Origin: Mizuhopecten yessoensis | Taxonomy: Eukaryota | NCBI RefSeq assembly: GCF_002113885.1 | Contig: NW_018408322.1 | Location: 910,570-974,569, forward strand | Length of the DNA stretch: 64,000 nucleotides | Reading direction: 5' to 3' | Part shown: one piece after another, positions 13,191 through 27,200 of the stretch | Numbering within the stretch: the first letter of the stretch is position 1 | How the letters are laid out: each line of letters begins with the position of its first letter | Translations under genes and position numbers: made by a program | The notes under the pieces: generated by a model | Database searches by the model: none | What the model was told of the DNA's origin: nothing | What the model saw: only the letters and a program-made list of their open reading frames with translations

Positions 13191-16100
13191 TCATACCCTA
13201 ATGGACTCTCAATTCATACGTGTGGGACAGAACGTTATGAAAATGAATTTATAGAATGGAAATGGACCCGTGCATGTCACCTTTCGCATTACTGCCATTA
13301 TAGACTGTCTCACGAACTTTTGACATTCAATTATCTCCGCGAAACTGTCTTGGTTTTGAATTTTTAACGATTAAATCAAAATTAAAAATCCCTTTCAAAA
13401 TGTATGTGAGATTGCCATTCGGACATCAAGTTTGAGTTATATTGTAATTGAGAAAACGGAAGAGACAGATACTTTTAAAATGTGGTCGGTCCCAGATGTA
13501 CAGTTCTCAGCGTTTTGCAATACACTTGCGTCCCCAATTATGTATTGCGCCAGCGGGCGCATTGTGTATTCACTTAAGTCAGTCAGGCGGAACCGCTATA
13601 CGGTTCATTCATAAAATCTACGCCATAAATATAAAACGGAGATGGGAATCACACTTGAGGATACTTGCGCATACTGCAAATTTGATATGTTGGCGTGGAG
13701 TGCATACGAATTAGTACAAGAGACATCGTTTGAGAGTTTTTGTTGTTGTTTGTTTACAATAATTCCAATAATTATGCATGCATGTGGATGTATCATTACT
13801 ATCTGTGGTAAATTTCTACAGTATATTGATTTATCGGAATATCCTGCATAAACCTTTGTTCAGTATAAAAAAGTGTCGTCTGCGCAAACTCCGTGAAATA
13901 TATAAGAGATAGATATCAAAATAGATTCATAAACACCTCCAAGATAGACATTTTTTTTTTTTTATCTATTTTACAATGTTCCAATGATATTCGTTCCGTT
14001 TGATTCCTCTATTCTGAAATTTAGTGCTATTCAAATTCGTTCATGTGGAAAAAAACAACCAATGAGTTCAATGACGAAAAACATTAAGATTAATGAGCAT
14101 TGTCTACGGAGAAGAAATGTTAAACTGAAAAAATAAACTCTCCGACTGAATAAAATACAGTCAAAGGAAATGTCGGGGCTATAACGGGTAGAGCGTTATA
14201 TCGATTAATAAGTAAAGAGGAGTTGCTATGAAAAAAATGAAATTAAGACCTTCAAATATGATGGCAGTAAGAGAGACTGAAAACAAAACGATGGGCGTTA
14301 TATTAAGTTCTTATTGTATTTTACGATAGAGCGTTTGAATTTGAGAGCAGACGTTATTCCCGCCACGTTTTATATAACTTATTCAACGGCACGAACAGTA
14401 AAAACGAATATACAGGGAAGATTAAATGGATCTTTTACTGAAACGTAAAGTGGTATTTTAAACAAATTACTCTTGTCAATTTGAAAAGATTTTTAAGAAA
14501 GAAGCAAGCATCTTGACGTTTTTTGTCTGTGCGCAGGAAATGGGGAGACATGTACAACCTTGAAATGATATAATGATGTCTTAGAGAGTGACAAATGACG
14601 TCACGATAGAATTGTCGATTACGATCAATCAATTTCAAAACCTCGTTTTGACCCTTGCCCTATATTGTAACGTATGAATGAAGACATATTAGTCGTGTTA
14701 TCTAGACCAAAGCCGCGGATTTATCATTCGGGTGACATTTAAATGAGCTAATGGATTTTATTTTAAAGCACCGTTCTTGTTACATAATGTGATTTTATTT
14801 CATAAAAGTATTAGTTCGGCATTATAACTTTAACCAGACAGGGTTCGTCAATATACATATACGGGATTACTTTTCAATTTCTTGTAAACACTTGAGATTG
14901 ATTTGATTGTCCCTGGGCTTTGAAATACTTTCAATATCCATGTCAACATTGGATAACTGTATAACAGTACAGTATTGACAGAGGTGTAAACAAGAGCATT
15001 CTTTACGTACCTACTCTAACAATCACGATCCGATACCCGCGAAAAGAAAACAACAACACAACAAAAAAGGGGTAACCGTCGACTATATCTAAGGATAACG
15101 ATTGATTCTTAAAGAGACATAGCTTAAATGTTTGTAAATATCAAAATAAATGTTCTTTTACTTAAAAATAAAACTATACTCGGGTTTTACCTTAATGCAG
15201 ATACTTTCTGGAGCCAGTTGCTTGCAGTCTACTTAACTAAAACGATCAGGTGTGATTTTAATTAGAAATAGTCTATTTTTTTTAAAGTATTTTTGTGTTA
15301 TATATTTATATATATATATATATATTATTTGAAAAGATATAAAATTAAAGAAGTGCGTTAAGTTGTATTTAAACTACTCACGCTTTTGAGCAGCTAACCT
15401 TGTTGATACTATAGTTAACAATCACTGGCTACCTATATAACCGTACTAGTGGCGGTTAGTATGTCGAACTCCCACTCGTTCACCGAAAGGTGATTAAAAG
15501 CTTATATCGTCCTGATTTCCGTTTGTCAAATTGCCGGAGTATTTTCGATAGCTCAAAATAGAAATATGTACCAGTAAGAATGTACCAGAAATCTACCATA
15601 TGGATGCACAAAGGTAATTTTTCAACAGTTTCCGAAATATCACACCTAGTGAAACATAAACACACATGAAAATTCATTAAATAAAAAGTCCTTCCATAAT
15701 GAAACCGGGGGTGATTTTTTTAACCTCTTTCACATAAAACGGTTGTTATCAATTTAATGAAAAAAACATTTGTTTTGCAATGAGTGGGTAAAATTTTGTT
15801 GAAATGTTTGGATGAACTACTGAGGACACGAATTCTAACACCCGCTATATACGTAAAAAGAGCTGTACATTCTGCACAAAGCATCATACGGCAACAATTA
15901 TTCAAATTAACCAGCTTAACCGGAAGTCTTCAAATAAACTCGTTCTATGTATGGCTAAACATGCAGATTCGCTCTGACCTACATTATGATTTCCGCTGCA
16001 GGTTCTAATAAAACACCCTACAAAAGAATTACGTCCTTACGCCCATGAATGTAAGTTTTGGAACAGTGTCATTTTGACGCTTCTCCACGGCACCTTAACG

Positions 16101-17859
16101 TAAAACCAACGCAAGAGGCAAACACTTTAGGCATTTTCCCCAAGAAATGGTTTATGTATAGTTCACTCATAATTAAATCCGAGATTCAGTACTCTTCATG
16201 TATATTGGTGCTATCTAGGAAATCGACAATATCAATTAAATTTGCCCAGGCAAGGCTACAGAGTAGGAATGTAAATACAAGTCATAAAATCGAGCGGCAT
16301 TCTTTTAATGGCTACGCCGTTATGACCACAGGGACTTAAGAATTTGTCACAGCTATATTGGACCTAAACTAAGGTGTTCAGAGTAATCTAACACGTGACC
16401 TACAACCATAAAACATGTAAAATTATTCCGAATATCTTAGTTTAGGTCCAAATAAAGCTGTAACAAGTTCTCATGTCCCTGTGGTTATGAAAGTAAGTGC
16501 AAGTATGCAGGGAGCTTTGCTTTCTCGCAAACAGATGATGAAACCATTCAATAGCCACTTTATAGTGGTATCTCACTGAAATAGCATAACCTGGATACGA
16601 CAGCACGACACTACACGTGATTACAATATATTTAAAACGGGATAACAAGGACAAAATGCAATGTCTTAAAATAAGATATGTTCTTCAATTTTTTGTTTAT
16701 AATGTGACAAGACATTTGTCATACATGAGTTGGATTTGTGTCGAGAGTTTGTCCCAAGCTCAAGAGCTGCTGCATCTCTTTTGAGGTGGGGTGGGGTGGC
16801 TTATACATGCTGAAGCGCCGAGGAAGGGTGGGCATTTGAAATGGAGACTGGTAGCGTATTGGTATACATCGCCTTAATGCCTTTTATTGATTTGAAAATA
16901 TAGAGAAAAACAGCTCAGCGTGAACAAATTATTATATCATTAATTTTCTCGGTATATAAAAACCTTGTAAATTATTAGCTTTAGTCAAACCAACTTCAAT
17001 GGATAATGACGTGTTAAGATATTCATCTGTGACAATATCATCAGGATCTCTTTAAATTGAAACTTTGGCTTGTTAACATGATATTGGGTAACAAATAGGA
17101 CGCGCCGGCATTTACCGGAAAATCATTAGGTACTATATTACAAAGATTTGACATGTAACACCGCTCAGTTTGTCAGCAAAATATCACGCTAGATCTATCA
17201 ACGAAATAAAAATGACCGTTCTCCTTTTAAATTAACAAAAAAATATTATAAAGACGAAGAAAAGCTCGCATGTACAACGGCGATTTCCTCGTTAACGACA
17301 ACAGATGTTTCGGATGATAGTGTTAATAACAATACGACACAATATGGTGTCGACAGGATCGTGTCACGACCCACAACGTCACCGCAAGGATTTTGTTTCA
17401 TATTCAAAATCAGAAAAACAAAAGTTCAAAGGGAAAATATGCGAAATGTCATTGCGCATGAAAAACCCTGTCACGACATTCTAGGTAAAAAACAAAAATG
17501 GCGGCTATGTAAGTAGCTCTGTTCGCTTTCTCCGTGAAAATAGGTTTGGCTCTGCTAACCTTGTAGCAGTGTTCAAAAACAAAATAAAGTTGGCTTAACC
17601 CCCTATACAATGTGGTATGACAGACACTTATATAGACGTGGAATATAATGGTGTACATTTAATAATCATCTTTATGCACATGTGACACCCAAGTATTTAT
17701 TTGGAACATGCTGGTATGTTTAGGTGATACAATGTATATATATATATATGGATCACATGTGTATGTTATATAAAAGTGACAACTGTATTTATATGGAACT
17801 CACATGTATTTATGACACATGTATCATATGGAGCACAGGTGTATGTATATGTGCCATAT

Positions 17860-18900
17860 GTACTTAAATAGAACACATGTGTATTTATATAGAAGATACA
17901 TGTATTTATATAGAAGATATCTGTATTTATATAGAAGATATCTGTATATATATAGAAGATATCTGTATTTATATAGAAGATATCTGTATTTATAGAGAAG
18001 ATATCTGTATTTATAGAGAAGATATCTGTATTTATATAGAAGATATCTGTATTTAAATAGAAAATATCTGTATTTATATAGAAGATATCTGTATTTAGAA
18101 GATATCTGTATTTATATATTCTATATAAATACATGTATCTTCTATATAAATGCAGATATCTTCTATACAAATACAGATATATTCTATGAAGATATCTGTA
18201 TTGCTGTAGAACACGTCTGTATTTATTGTGAACATCTCGGCATTCAAATAACATGGCTATCTTTATATAGAACACGTCTGTATTTATTGTGAACATATCT
18301 GCATTCAAATAAAATGGCTATATTTATAAAGAACACGACTATATTAATATAGAACACACCTGTATTTATACAGAACACATCTGTATTTATATAGGAGATA
18401 TCTGTATTTAAGTAGAAGATATCTGTACTTATATAGAAGATATCTGCATTTATATAGAAGATATCTGTATTTATATAGAAGATATCTGTATTGCTGTAGA
18501 ACACGTCTGTATTTATTGTGAACATCTCTGCATTCAAATAACATGGCTATATTTATATAGAACACGACTATATTTATATAGAACACATCTGTATTTATAT
18601 AGAGCATATATTTTTTTTTATATAATTATATAGGCACATCTTTATTTATATAGAACATATATGTATTTATATCGAAAACACCTGTATTTATACAGAACAT
18701 ATCTGATTTTATATAGAACATCTCTGTATTTTATATAGAACACATCCTTTTTTATGCGGAACACACTGAATTTAAATTGAACATCTCTGAATTTATATAG
18801 AACCTCTCTGTATTTATATAGAACACATCTGAATTTATATGGACCATCTCTGCACTTACATACTAGACATATGAATTTATTTGGAACACACATGAATTAT
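17860..18900. repeat. 21-bp minisatellite (atatctgtatttatatagaag)n
   Basis: Clear 21-bp periodicity with degenerate flanks. Confidence 0.92.
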
Positions 18901-19069
18901 ATAGACCACATACGTACCTATATGGAACACAGCTATATTCCTATATTATATGTAATAAACATACATCTATGAACATCAATCATGACGTCATCATGAAATA
19001 ACAAACCATCATAAAAACCTTATAATTATGTAAAATCAAAAAGATCACGGTTATCTAAAATAATGATGA

Positions 19070-19233
19070 NNNNNNNNNNNNNNNNNNNNNNNNNNNNNNN
19101 NNNNNNNNNNNNNNNNNNNNNNNNNNNNNNNNNNNNNNNNNNNNNNNNNNNNNNNNNNNNNNNNNNNNNNNNNNNNNNNNNNNNNNNNNNNNNNNNNNNN
19201 NNNNNNNNNNNNNNNNNNNNNNNNNNNNNNNNN
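19070..19233. other. Assembly gap (N run)
   Basis: 164 consecutive N. Confidence 1.
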
Positions 19234-19837
19234 AAACTACTTCTGTGATATCTTTTCAGGATCCAGGCCTATTTGTCGAAAAACTTTATTAAAGTGAATG
19301 AAAAAACCCCGACAACGACGACGGCAAATGCGTTTAAATCTTCAATTTTTATGCATTTTTTTCTTATTGTTTACCGAAATGAAAAGGAAAAGACAAGTTC
19401 TATGTCTGGTGGAAGGGAGGTAATCGCTAGAAATCACTGTTATGCAACACGAGTCAATGAGTAAAGGGAAGTAACTGAAATACACGAAACGAGTAATGGG
19501 ATTCTTATTCTGAAATGTTGCTTCTTTAACGGGTTGTAGTTATCTTACATTCTATTGTAAGTTTGGCTCCCTTAATTAAAACACCAACAACGTGTCATTA
19601 TGACAGCATTAGCAGACTCCCTCAAATATCTTCATGATTGACTGTATTCTCTGATTGCATGTAATGACAGAAAATTGAATATTTCAGAGCAAACAGAAAA
19701 GATTTTGCACTTAGGTTCTGCCCACAAACCAAACTTATATGATAGTCAGATAAATATCACCTGTTAAGGTATTTATTTTAATTAATACTTGTATTCTACA
19801 AAGTGTTCCACCTTATCTTAATGACATCACTCTTATA

Positions 19838-20030
19838 TTAAATAAATAAATAAATATACAACATTTGATATAGTGCCCTATCTAGCTTCCATAAGCCACT
19901 CTGAAGCGCTTTACAGTACATAGATATACAACTTTATACAGTCAATACAATTAGCATATATATTAATCAATACAATATTGAGGAAGTCGCAGGAGCTGCC
20001 TTATCAGGCGCTAACTACTAGTTATATGCC
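19838..20030 (-). mobile_element. SINE 3' fragment with L2-like tail
   Basis: Reverse strand reads agcgcctgataaggcagc...tgtaaagcgcttcagag...gcactatat..(attt)n. Confidence 0.55.
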
Positions 20031-20371
20031 ACCTGGCTAATATCTCCCTATGTGTGTATGCCTGTATGTGTGCTGGAGATGTATTGTGTCCGCTTATTTT
20101 GCTTAACATTTAAGCTCGTCTTACCACGTGATACCATACGTTATGCGTGTGTGTGCTGGACGTGGTGCAGGTGCTTTGCTTTTTATGGGCATTTACTTCC
20201 AACGGAAAATGTATAGCTATATTCCACTTCAATACGAGGGTGATCCAATCGTAATATGTACATATGCAGAAATTATGATATAACTGTCCAGGGTAAGAAA
20301 GGAGTACAACCATTTTTATCTTACACTCCTGTTCACGTCACATCTGGGCAACAATGACGTGATGTCAGGAT

Positions 20372-20660
20372 CGGTTTGGTTTGGTTTTATTTTGTTTAAC
20401 GTCGTATTAACAGCTAAGTTCATTTAGTACATGCTTCCATGCATGTAAAGTATGTGTGCATGTGTGTATGTGTGCTGGAAGCAAATTATGTAGATGTAGT
20501 ATCTTCAATGTATGATAAGGCGGATCTGATGCCGACTTTAGAGTGCTACCTCTCTGAAACACCATGCAGCAGGCACCCATCACAATATTCCACCCCGTCA
20601 CATGTTGCGATAAGTCTTGAGCAGGGAATAGCAACTACCATTTTTAAGAACTTCGGTACC
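20372..20660 (-). mobile_element. Meta-domain-like SINE, partial copy
   Basis: Shares the ggtttggtt..tttaacgtc..acagctaag tail and the gcggatctgatgccgac and agcagggaatagcaactacca blocks with copies at 52105, 53480 and 60920. Confidence 0.65.
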
Positions 20661-21298
20661 TCAGGCTATCGGAAACCATTTCGATTTCCCGATGCGGAAT
20701 TTGCGACATATTTTGTGGTTTCTGAGGTTAGTCTGGTGATTGGAATAAGCGAAAAATACTGTTTCATGCCCTTTGATGTAAAAAAGGGAAATTCCAACCT
20801 CGGGATTTTCAAATTTTTGCAAAACAATGTAAAGGCCTTGGTTTTTCCCCAATTTGAAAACTCCTTTGGTGGAATTTCTCTATCCTATAATAATACTCCG
20901 CTCTAGGCAGGTGGAATTCAGAGGTTCAAAGTTTGTTTCTGAAGGACCAATCTAGATTTCACCGCATGTGGATTCTAACGTGCCACTTCTTTGTCACTAA
21001 ACCCGCGCCATATCAATTGCGCTAGGTGCCACCCTATGCGAACACTAACACGGAAGCTTATGCTAAATTTACTCGCGTTTTCACAACACACGTGAAAGCT
21101 CGTGAAATGATATTCCATCTGTAGTTAATATATAATCGTTCTGTATCCATGCATAGAAATAACATGGTTTTGGTACACAGCAGAAAAGATTATTTTTTGA
21201 AGAACACTAGTACTTTAGTACAACTTTTATTATTGTGGCGAGTGAGCCATTAGCAACAAAACATAATTTCGTGTCATTCCTTTGTGCTGAACAACATT

Positions 21299-24200
21299 TT
21301 ACTGCCAATTGTGATTTGCGATGAGACGTTTAGCACGCGCAACTACGTCATTGCTGTAGTCATTTTGTGTTGTGCCACCGTCAAGGTTGGCCCAGGACTG
21401 GACGTTTCTTACTCCAAAGTTGTAGGCAGCGATACCACCTGTCAATCAAATGGAACCAGATGTGGATACTGGAAATAAATCTTTTCTTTCGAATGTTATA
21501 TTCGAATCTATTTCGAGATAATGCAAGTTGAATGAAATATGAAAAAGACTAAGTATAAGTGCGTTAGTGTTTGTTTTCCATGTACATGTCAAACTACACG
21601 AATAAAATATGGTTTTAACTTAATACTAATGAATATAAATAGGCCTACTCCCAATATTGAATGAATGACAAACATTGCGAAAGCAGATTTTAGCGAAAAT
21701 AAATACCACAATGTACACAGTATAAATTGAATGGTGTCCAAACTAAAACACAGAGTTGCTAGCACATTTGCCCATATATGGGTTCAGCAAGCAACTGTTG
21801 ATGAAACTGCGTTTCCTGATGAATGCATACATGGGCCAAAGGGATAGCAACTCTTTCCTTTCTAGTTTGCTTATTTTGATACATACAGTAGCATACGTAA
21901 AAAATACCGTGCTTTTTTCGAATGTTATACTCGTATCAATCTCGAGATATGGGTCCCCTATAGTCCGTTAAATGTGTTTACAAAACACAGAAGAAAAGTT
22001 CCAAGGTTTATAAATGAAATATTATTACGAATCCTTCGCTTTCACTCAATGGCTATGGCGTCATGTGATCGTATAGTGATGCCAGTGATGTGCTGGACAC
22101 TCCCTGGCTGACATGGGTTACCCAAGATGTTATGAAGGTAAAGCTGTCGGGTGTTACTGACACGCCCTTGTAGCCAGCGAGCTGGTCATGACGACTGCTA
22201 TACTATTAGTGTAAGTCCTAGTGTTTCAAGCAAGAGCGATTTGTTAGTTCTACTGGTCCCATATTTATACCTAATGTGTACGTGACGACTGCACGTGCGT
22301 CTAGAACAATGGATGACTTAAGCTCGTCACCAAACTGTCAACAGATTTCAATTTTATCTTAAACTCAGACTAATTGGCATCTGATGTGGTTTAATGAAAA
22401 TTCAAGTAAGATCACTTGATCGAGAGTGGTACCAACCGTTATTTTCTAACTGAAAACAGCATAATCTGCGGTTCAATGAATACACGGCTTTTAAACATAA
22501 CAAATATATTTTTATCTTCCATATATCAATTCTAACTTCTATCAATCGATTCCCTCTCTATCAGTGAAGCAGTCAGCTTCTTGTACGGGTTTCAAATGTT
22601 ATTTTCTTCCTTCTGTTTACGCGGAGGGGATTTTCAAATAATGTTATTATAATCTATATCTGGGCTTTAATATGGCTACTCGCCTGTGCTAACCCCTATA
22701 GGATTACAAGATTGCATATAAATGACTTACTCTCAATATTGAATTAATGGAAAACATCGCAAAATTGTTTTAGAGAAATAACAATTTTATAGAATATCGA
22801 CAACTTGCAAATTTTGTGGAGACATTTGAAAACTTACCTTGGAGCTTCTGATCTTGGGACCACGTGGGATGCTTACGCGCCACCTGGGTAATGTAGGGAA
22901 CAAGAACATTCCTGACCATAAGTTCCATGTGTTCACAGCTGTCCCAAGCATAATTCTCGCAGAAGTTGTGGTGGCGGGTGTCACACTAGAGAGACGGATC
23001 AGAAGGTGGTCGTGTAATACTTAGGGGATACCCCTACTGTGCATTGTGATTTGTGTCAGTATATCGCGATTATTCGAGAGCCATTCAATAAATTCTGTCA
23101 TCACATAGCTCCCGTGCGAACGGGCAATAAAATAGTTCAGCGCCGAGGTAGACTGTAAAAGCATTTAAAGAGCAATGCACCTGCAAAATTTCGACATCAG
23201 CCGACAAGAATTAAAGAAGTTTTTCATTGTTGAAGTTTTTGAAGCACAGATTGACAACCTACCCTGTTCACCAGATCTAAGTCCCTGTGACTTTTTCCTG
23301 TTTCTTTTATTAAAGAAAATGCTCTCTAGGAAGCGTTATGCCTCTATGAGTGCTCTTGGTAGTGCAATCTTTCAGTGTATCGGCAGTATACCAAGGGGAG
23401 ACTACCGCGCGGAGTTTATGTCATGGATAGCGCGATTGAGAAAGGGCGCTTCTGCCAAGGGAGGAATCAAATTATATACAACCTACGTGTAATTCCTTAC
23501 ATTGGTGATAGAATTTATTGCATAGCCCTCGTACTTCAGACTTTTACTGGCGATTGAAAATCTAAGGTAAGCATAAGAATGCCATTGTTTCGCAATTGTT
23601 GTACAGTATATAAAGTTTACTTTTAGGTAAAGCGCTCAATTGACTAAGACTGACTTAGCCCGATATGTCCGTGACCGTTACAGGCCAGTGATTACCTGTA
23701 ATATACCGTAGGCATTGTGATGGTCTCCCCATCCTCCTGTTGACGTCAGAAGACGTCCCCCACGTGATTCCCGACTGGCCAAGGCGGCAATTACCGACGG
23801 CTGGATACCTGATGGCGAGAAAACACATACATGTATTTTCAAACATGTATAATATCCGTATTTAATCACTCAAACTGCATACAACGGTAAGTACTGGTAT
23901 TTTTCTCTTAAGGTTCACGCACATATTTCTACTTAAAATCCATACATTTTTTTTTTTTTTTTTTTTTTTTAAGGTTCAAATAGATATATTATATTTAAGG
24001 TTCACACAGAGACATTCTATTTAAGGTTCATACAGATATATTCTATTTAAGGTTCATACAGATATATTCTATTTCAGGTTCATACAGATATATTCTATTT
24101 AAGGTTCAAACAGATATATTGTATTTAGAGTTCATACAGATACATTCTATTTAAGGTTCAAACGGATATATTGTATTTAGAGTTCATACAGATACAGTCT

Positions 24201-27200
24201 ATTTGAGGTTCATACAGATATATTGTATTTAGAGTTCATACAGATACAGTCTATTTAAGGTTCATACAGATATATATTGTATTTAAAGTTCATACAGATA
24301 GATTGTATTTAAAGTTCATACAGATATATTGTATTTAAAGTTCATACAGATATATTGTATTTAAAGTTCATAGAGATATATTGTATTTAAAGTTCAGACA
24401 GATACATTCTATTTAAAGTTCACACAGATATATTGTATTTAAAGTTCATACAGATACATTCTATTGAAAGTTCACACAGAGACATTCTATTTAAGGTTCA
24501 TACAGATATATTCTATTTAAGGTTCATACAGATATATTGTATTTAAGGTTCATACAGATATATTGTATTTAAGGTTCAAACAGATATATTGTATTTAAAG
24601 TTCATACAGATATATTCTTTTTAAGGTTCAAACAGATATATTCTATTCAAGGTTCAAACAGATACATTGTATTTAAAGTTCATAGAGATATATTGTATTT
24701 AAAGTTCATACAGATACATTCTATTTAAAGTTGACACAGATATATTGTATTTAGAGTTCATACAGATACATTCTATGTAAGGTTCACACAGAGACATTCT
24801 ATTTAAGGTTCATACAGATATATTCTTTTTAAGGTTCATACAGATATATTCTATCTAAGGTTCATACAGATATATTCTATTTAAGGTTCAAACAGATATA
24901 TTGTATTTAAAGTTCATACAGATACATTCTATTTAACGTTCATACAGAGACATTCTATTGAAAGTTCACACAGAGACATTCTATTTAAGGTTCACACAGA
25001 GACATTTTATTTAAGGTTCATACAGATATATTCTATTTAAGGTTCATACAGATATATTGTATTTAAGGTTCAAACAGATATATTGTATTTAAAGTTCATA
25101 CAGATATATTCTTTTAAGGTTCAAACAGATACATTCTATTTAAGGTTCATACAGATATATTCTTTTTAAGGTTCCTATAGATATATTCTATTTAACGTTC
25201 ATATAGAGACATTCTATTGAAAGTTCACACAGAGACATTCTATTTAAGGTTCACACAGAGACATTCTATTTAAGGTTCATACAGATATATTCTATTTAAG
25301 GTTCATACAGAAATATTCTACTAAATATTCATACAAATGTTTTTCATACAAATATTTCCTCCTTCAGGTTCATACAGATTATTTCTATTGAAGGTTCACA
25401 CAAATATTTTTACTTAATTTTCATACAAATAATTTTACGTAAAGTTCATTAAGGTTTGTACCACACCGATTTCATGCATGTAAATGAATTCACAATTCCA
25501 AGTTCTTAACTGTATTTTCCTTATAAGTTCTTATAAATACAGGACTCGGTGTATCTTTATAAACTGTGCCATAAAGACGTTGGTGATTTTGACATGGATA
25601 AAATTCCAGGAAATAAATGTTCAAAATGTCGCCTGCTCTTGTACTTGGAGAACGTGCCAGCCCTTGTCATCGTCCCATCGGTTTTTTCCCCAAAATGAAA
25701 TGTACTACTTCATGTCAATCTGATCGTGAACTTTTGGTTTGCAGCCATTGCCTGGTCATGTGCATACAGGTCACATCACGCCGAGCCTGTCGACCGTGCG
25801 CTTACATTACACCGCGCCCGTCTGGTCGTGTCATTACATTACGCCGTGCTCGTCTGGTCGTGTCATTATATCACACCACGCCCGTCTGGTCGTGTACTTA
25901 AATTACGTCGTACCCGTCTGGTCGTGTCATTACATTACGCCGTGCCCGTCTGGTCGTGTACTGACATCACACCGCGCCCGTCTGGTCGTGAACTGACATT
26001 ACGCCGTGCCCGTCTGGTCGTGTCCTGACATTACGCCGTGCCCGTCTGGTCGTGTCCTGACATTACGCCGTGCCCGTCTGGTCGTGTCCTGACATTACGC
26101 CGTGCCCGCCAGTCGTATACTGACATTACGCCGTACCCGCCTGGTCGTGTACTGACATTACGCCGTACCCGCCTGGTCGTGTACTGACATTACGCCGTGC
26201 CCGTCTGGTTGTGTATAGACATTAAGCGGCGATCGCCTGGTCGTGTACTGACATTACGCCGTAAACATTTGGTCGTTAACTGATATTACGCCGTGCCCGT
26301 CTGGTTGTGTTTTGACATTTCGCCGTACATGCCTGGTCGTATGCTGGTGTTACGCCATACCCGCCTGGCCGTGTACCTGTATTACTCCGCGCCCGCCTGG
26401 TTGTATGCTTGTATTACTCTGCGCCCGCCTGGTCGTGTACTTACAATTCGCCGTGCTGTCTGGTCGTGTGCATTTTTATACCCTCTGATTTTTCGTGTAC
26501 TTACAGTGCGCCGCGCCTGATGCGTAGTAACAAGATTTCTTGTTGTTCAGGTCACGGTAATCGTGCTCTACTTCATTTTTGGATGTTGTAACACCTGTGG
26601 GAAAAAAATGTCAGTTGCTTTAGACTCTCGTTGAGGTTGAATGCTAAAAGTGTTTCAGAAATCTAAAAAAGAAAAGAAAATTAGACTGCATACAGAAATG
26701 ACCGTGGAATACTAAGGGGAGGTGTTTTCATCCTAACCAGCAAAGACATTGTCTCAACGGAACAACCAGACCTAATACAACCTTTGAGATTGAATGGGAA
26801 AGAGTAAAGGTAAAAAATATCTCTTCATAGGTGTTCCTACATGCCACATTGGAACACTTTGACTGTAGATGATCTAGTCACCGTGAAACTAGCAACATAA
26901 AACCCTTCTTCAAATAACTTCATGCTATCATGCGAGTTCAATTACCCTGGTAATGACATAAACAGGGAAAATTTAACAAAACGAAACGAAGCGCAAATGA
27001 CAAAGAAATCCAACGTCAGCGAATTGATGCAAACATACAAGCATACATCACGCAAATCCATGAAGAACCTGCTAGAGAAAAGAGCCTACCCAGTAATTAT
27101 TACAAAACCAAGCTTAATCAATTCATCAATTAACAAACCAGTATCTCGGACCATGACATCATTGTAACTGACATGGACACCAAACCACATTACCAGAAAA

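Noticed and set aside
17766-18893. ORFs with (FYINTDI)n repeats
   Set aside because: Translations of the 21-bp minisatellite.
22787-23869. ORF-track translations overlapping lysozyme exons (e.g. 22787-22984, 23655-23846)
   Set aside because: Wrong-frame or intron read-through products of the real spliced exons.
25750-26500. 32-bp repeat arrays as possible CRISPR arrays
   Set aside because: Units are head-to-tail with no unique spacers, there are no cas genes, and the context is a eukaryotic intron.
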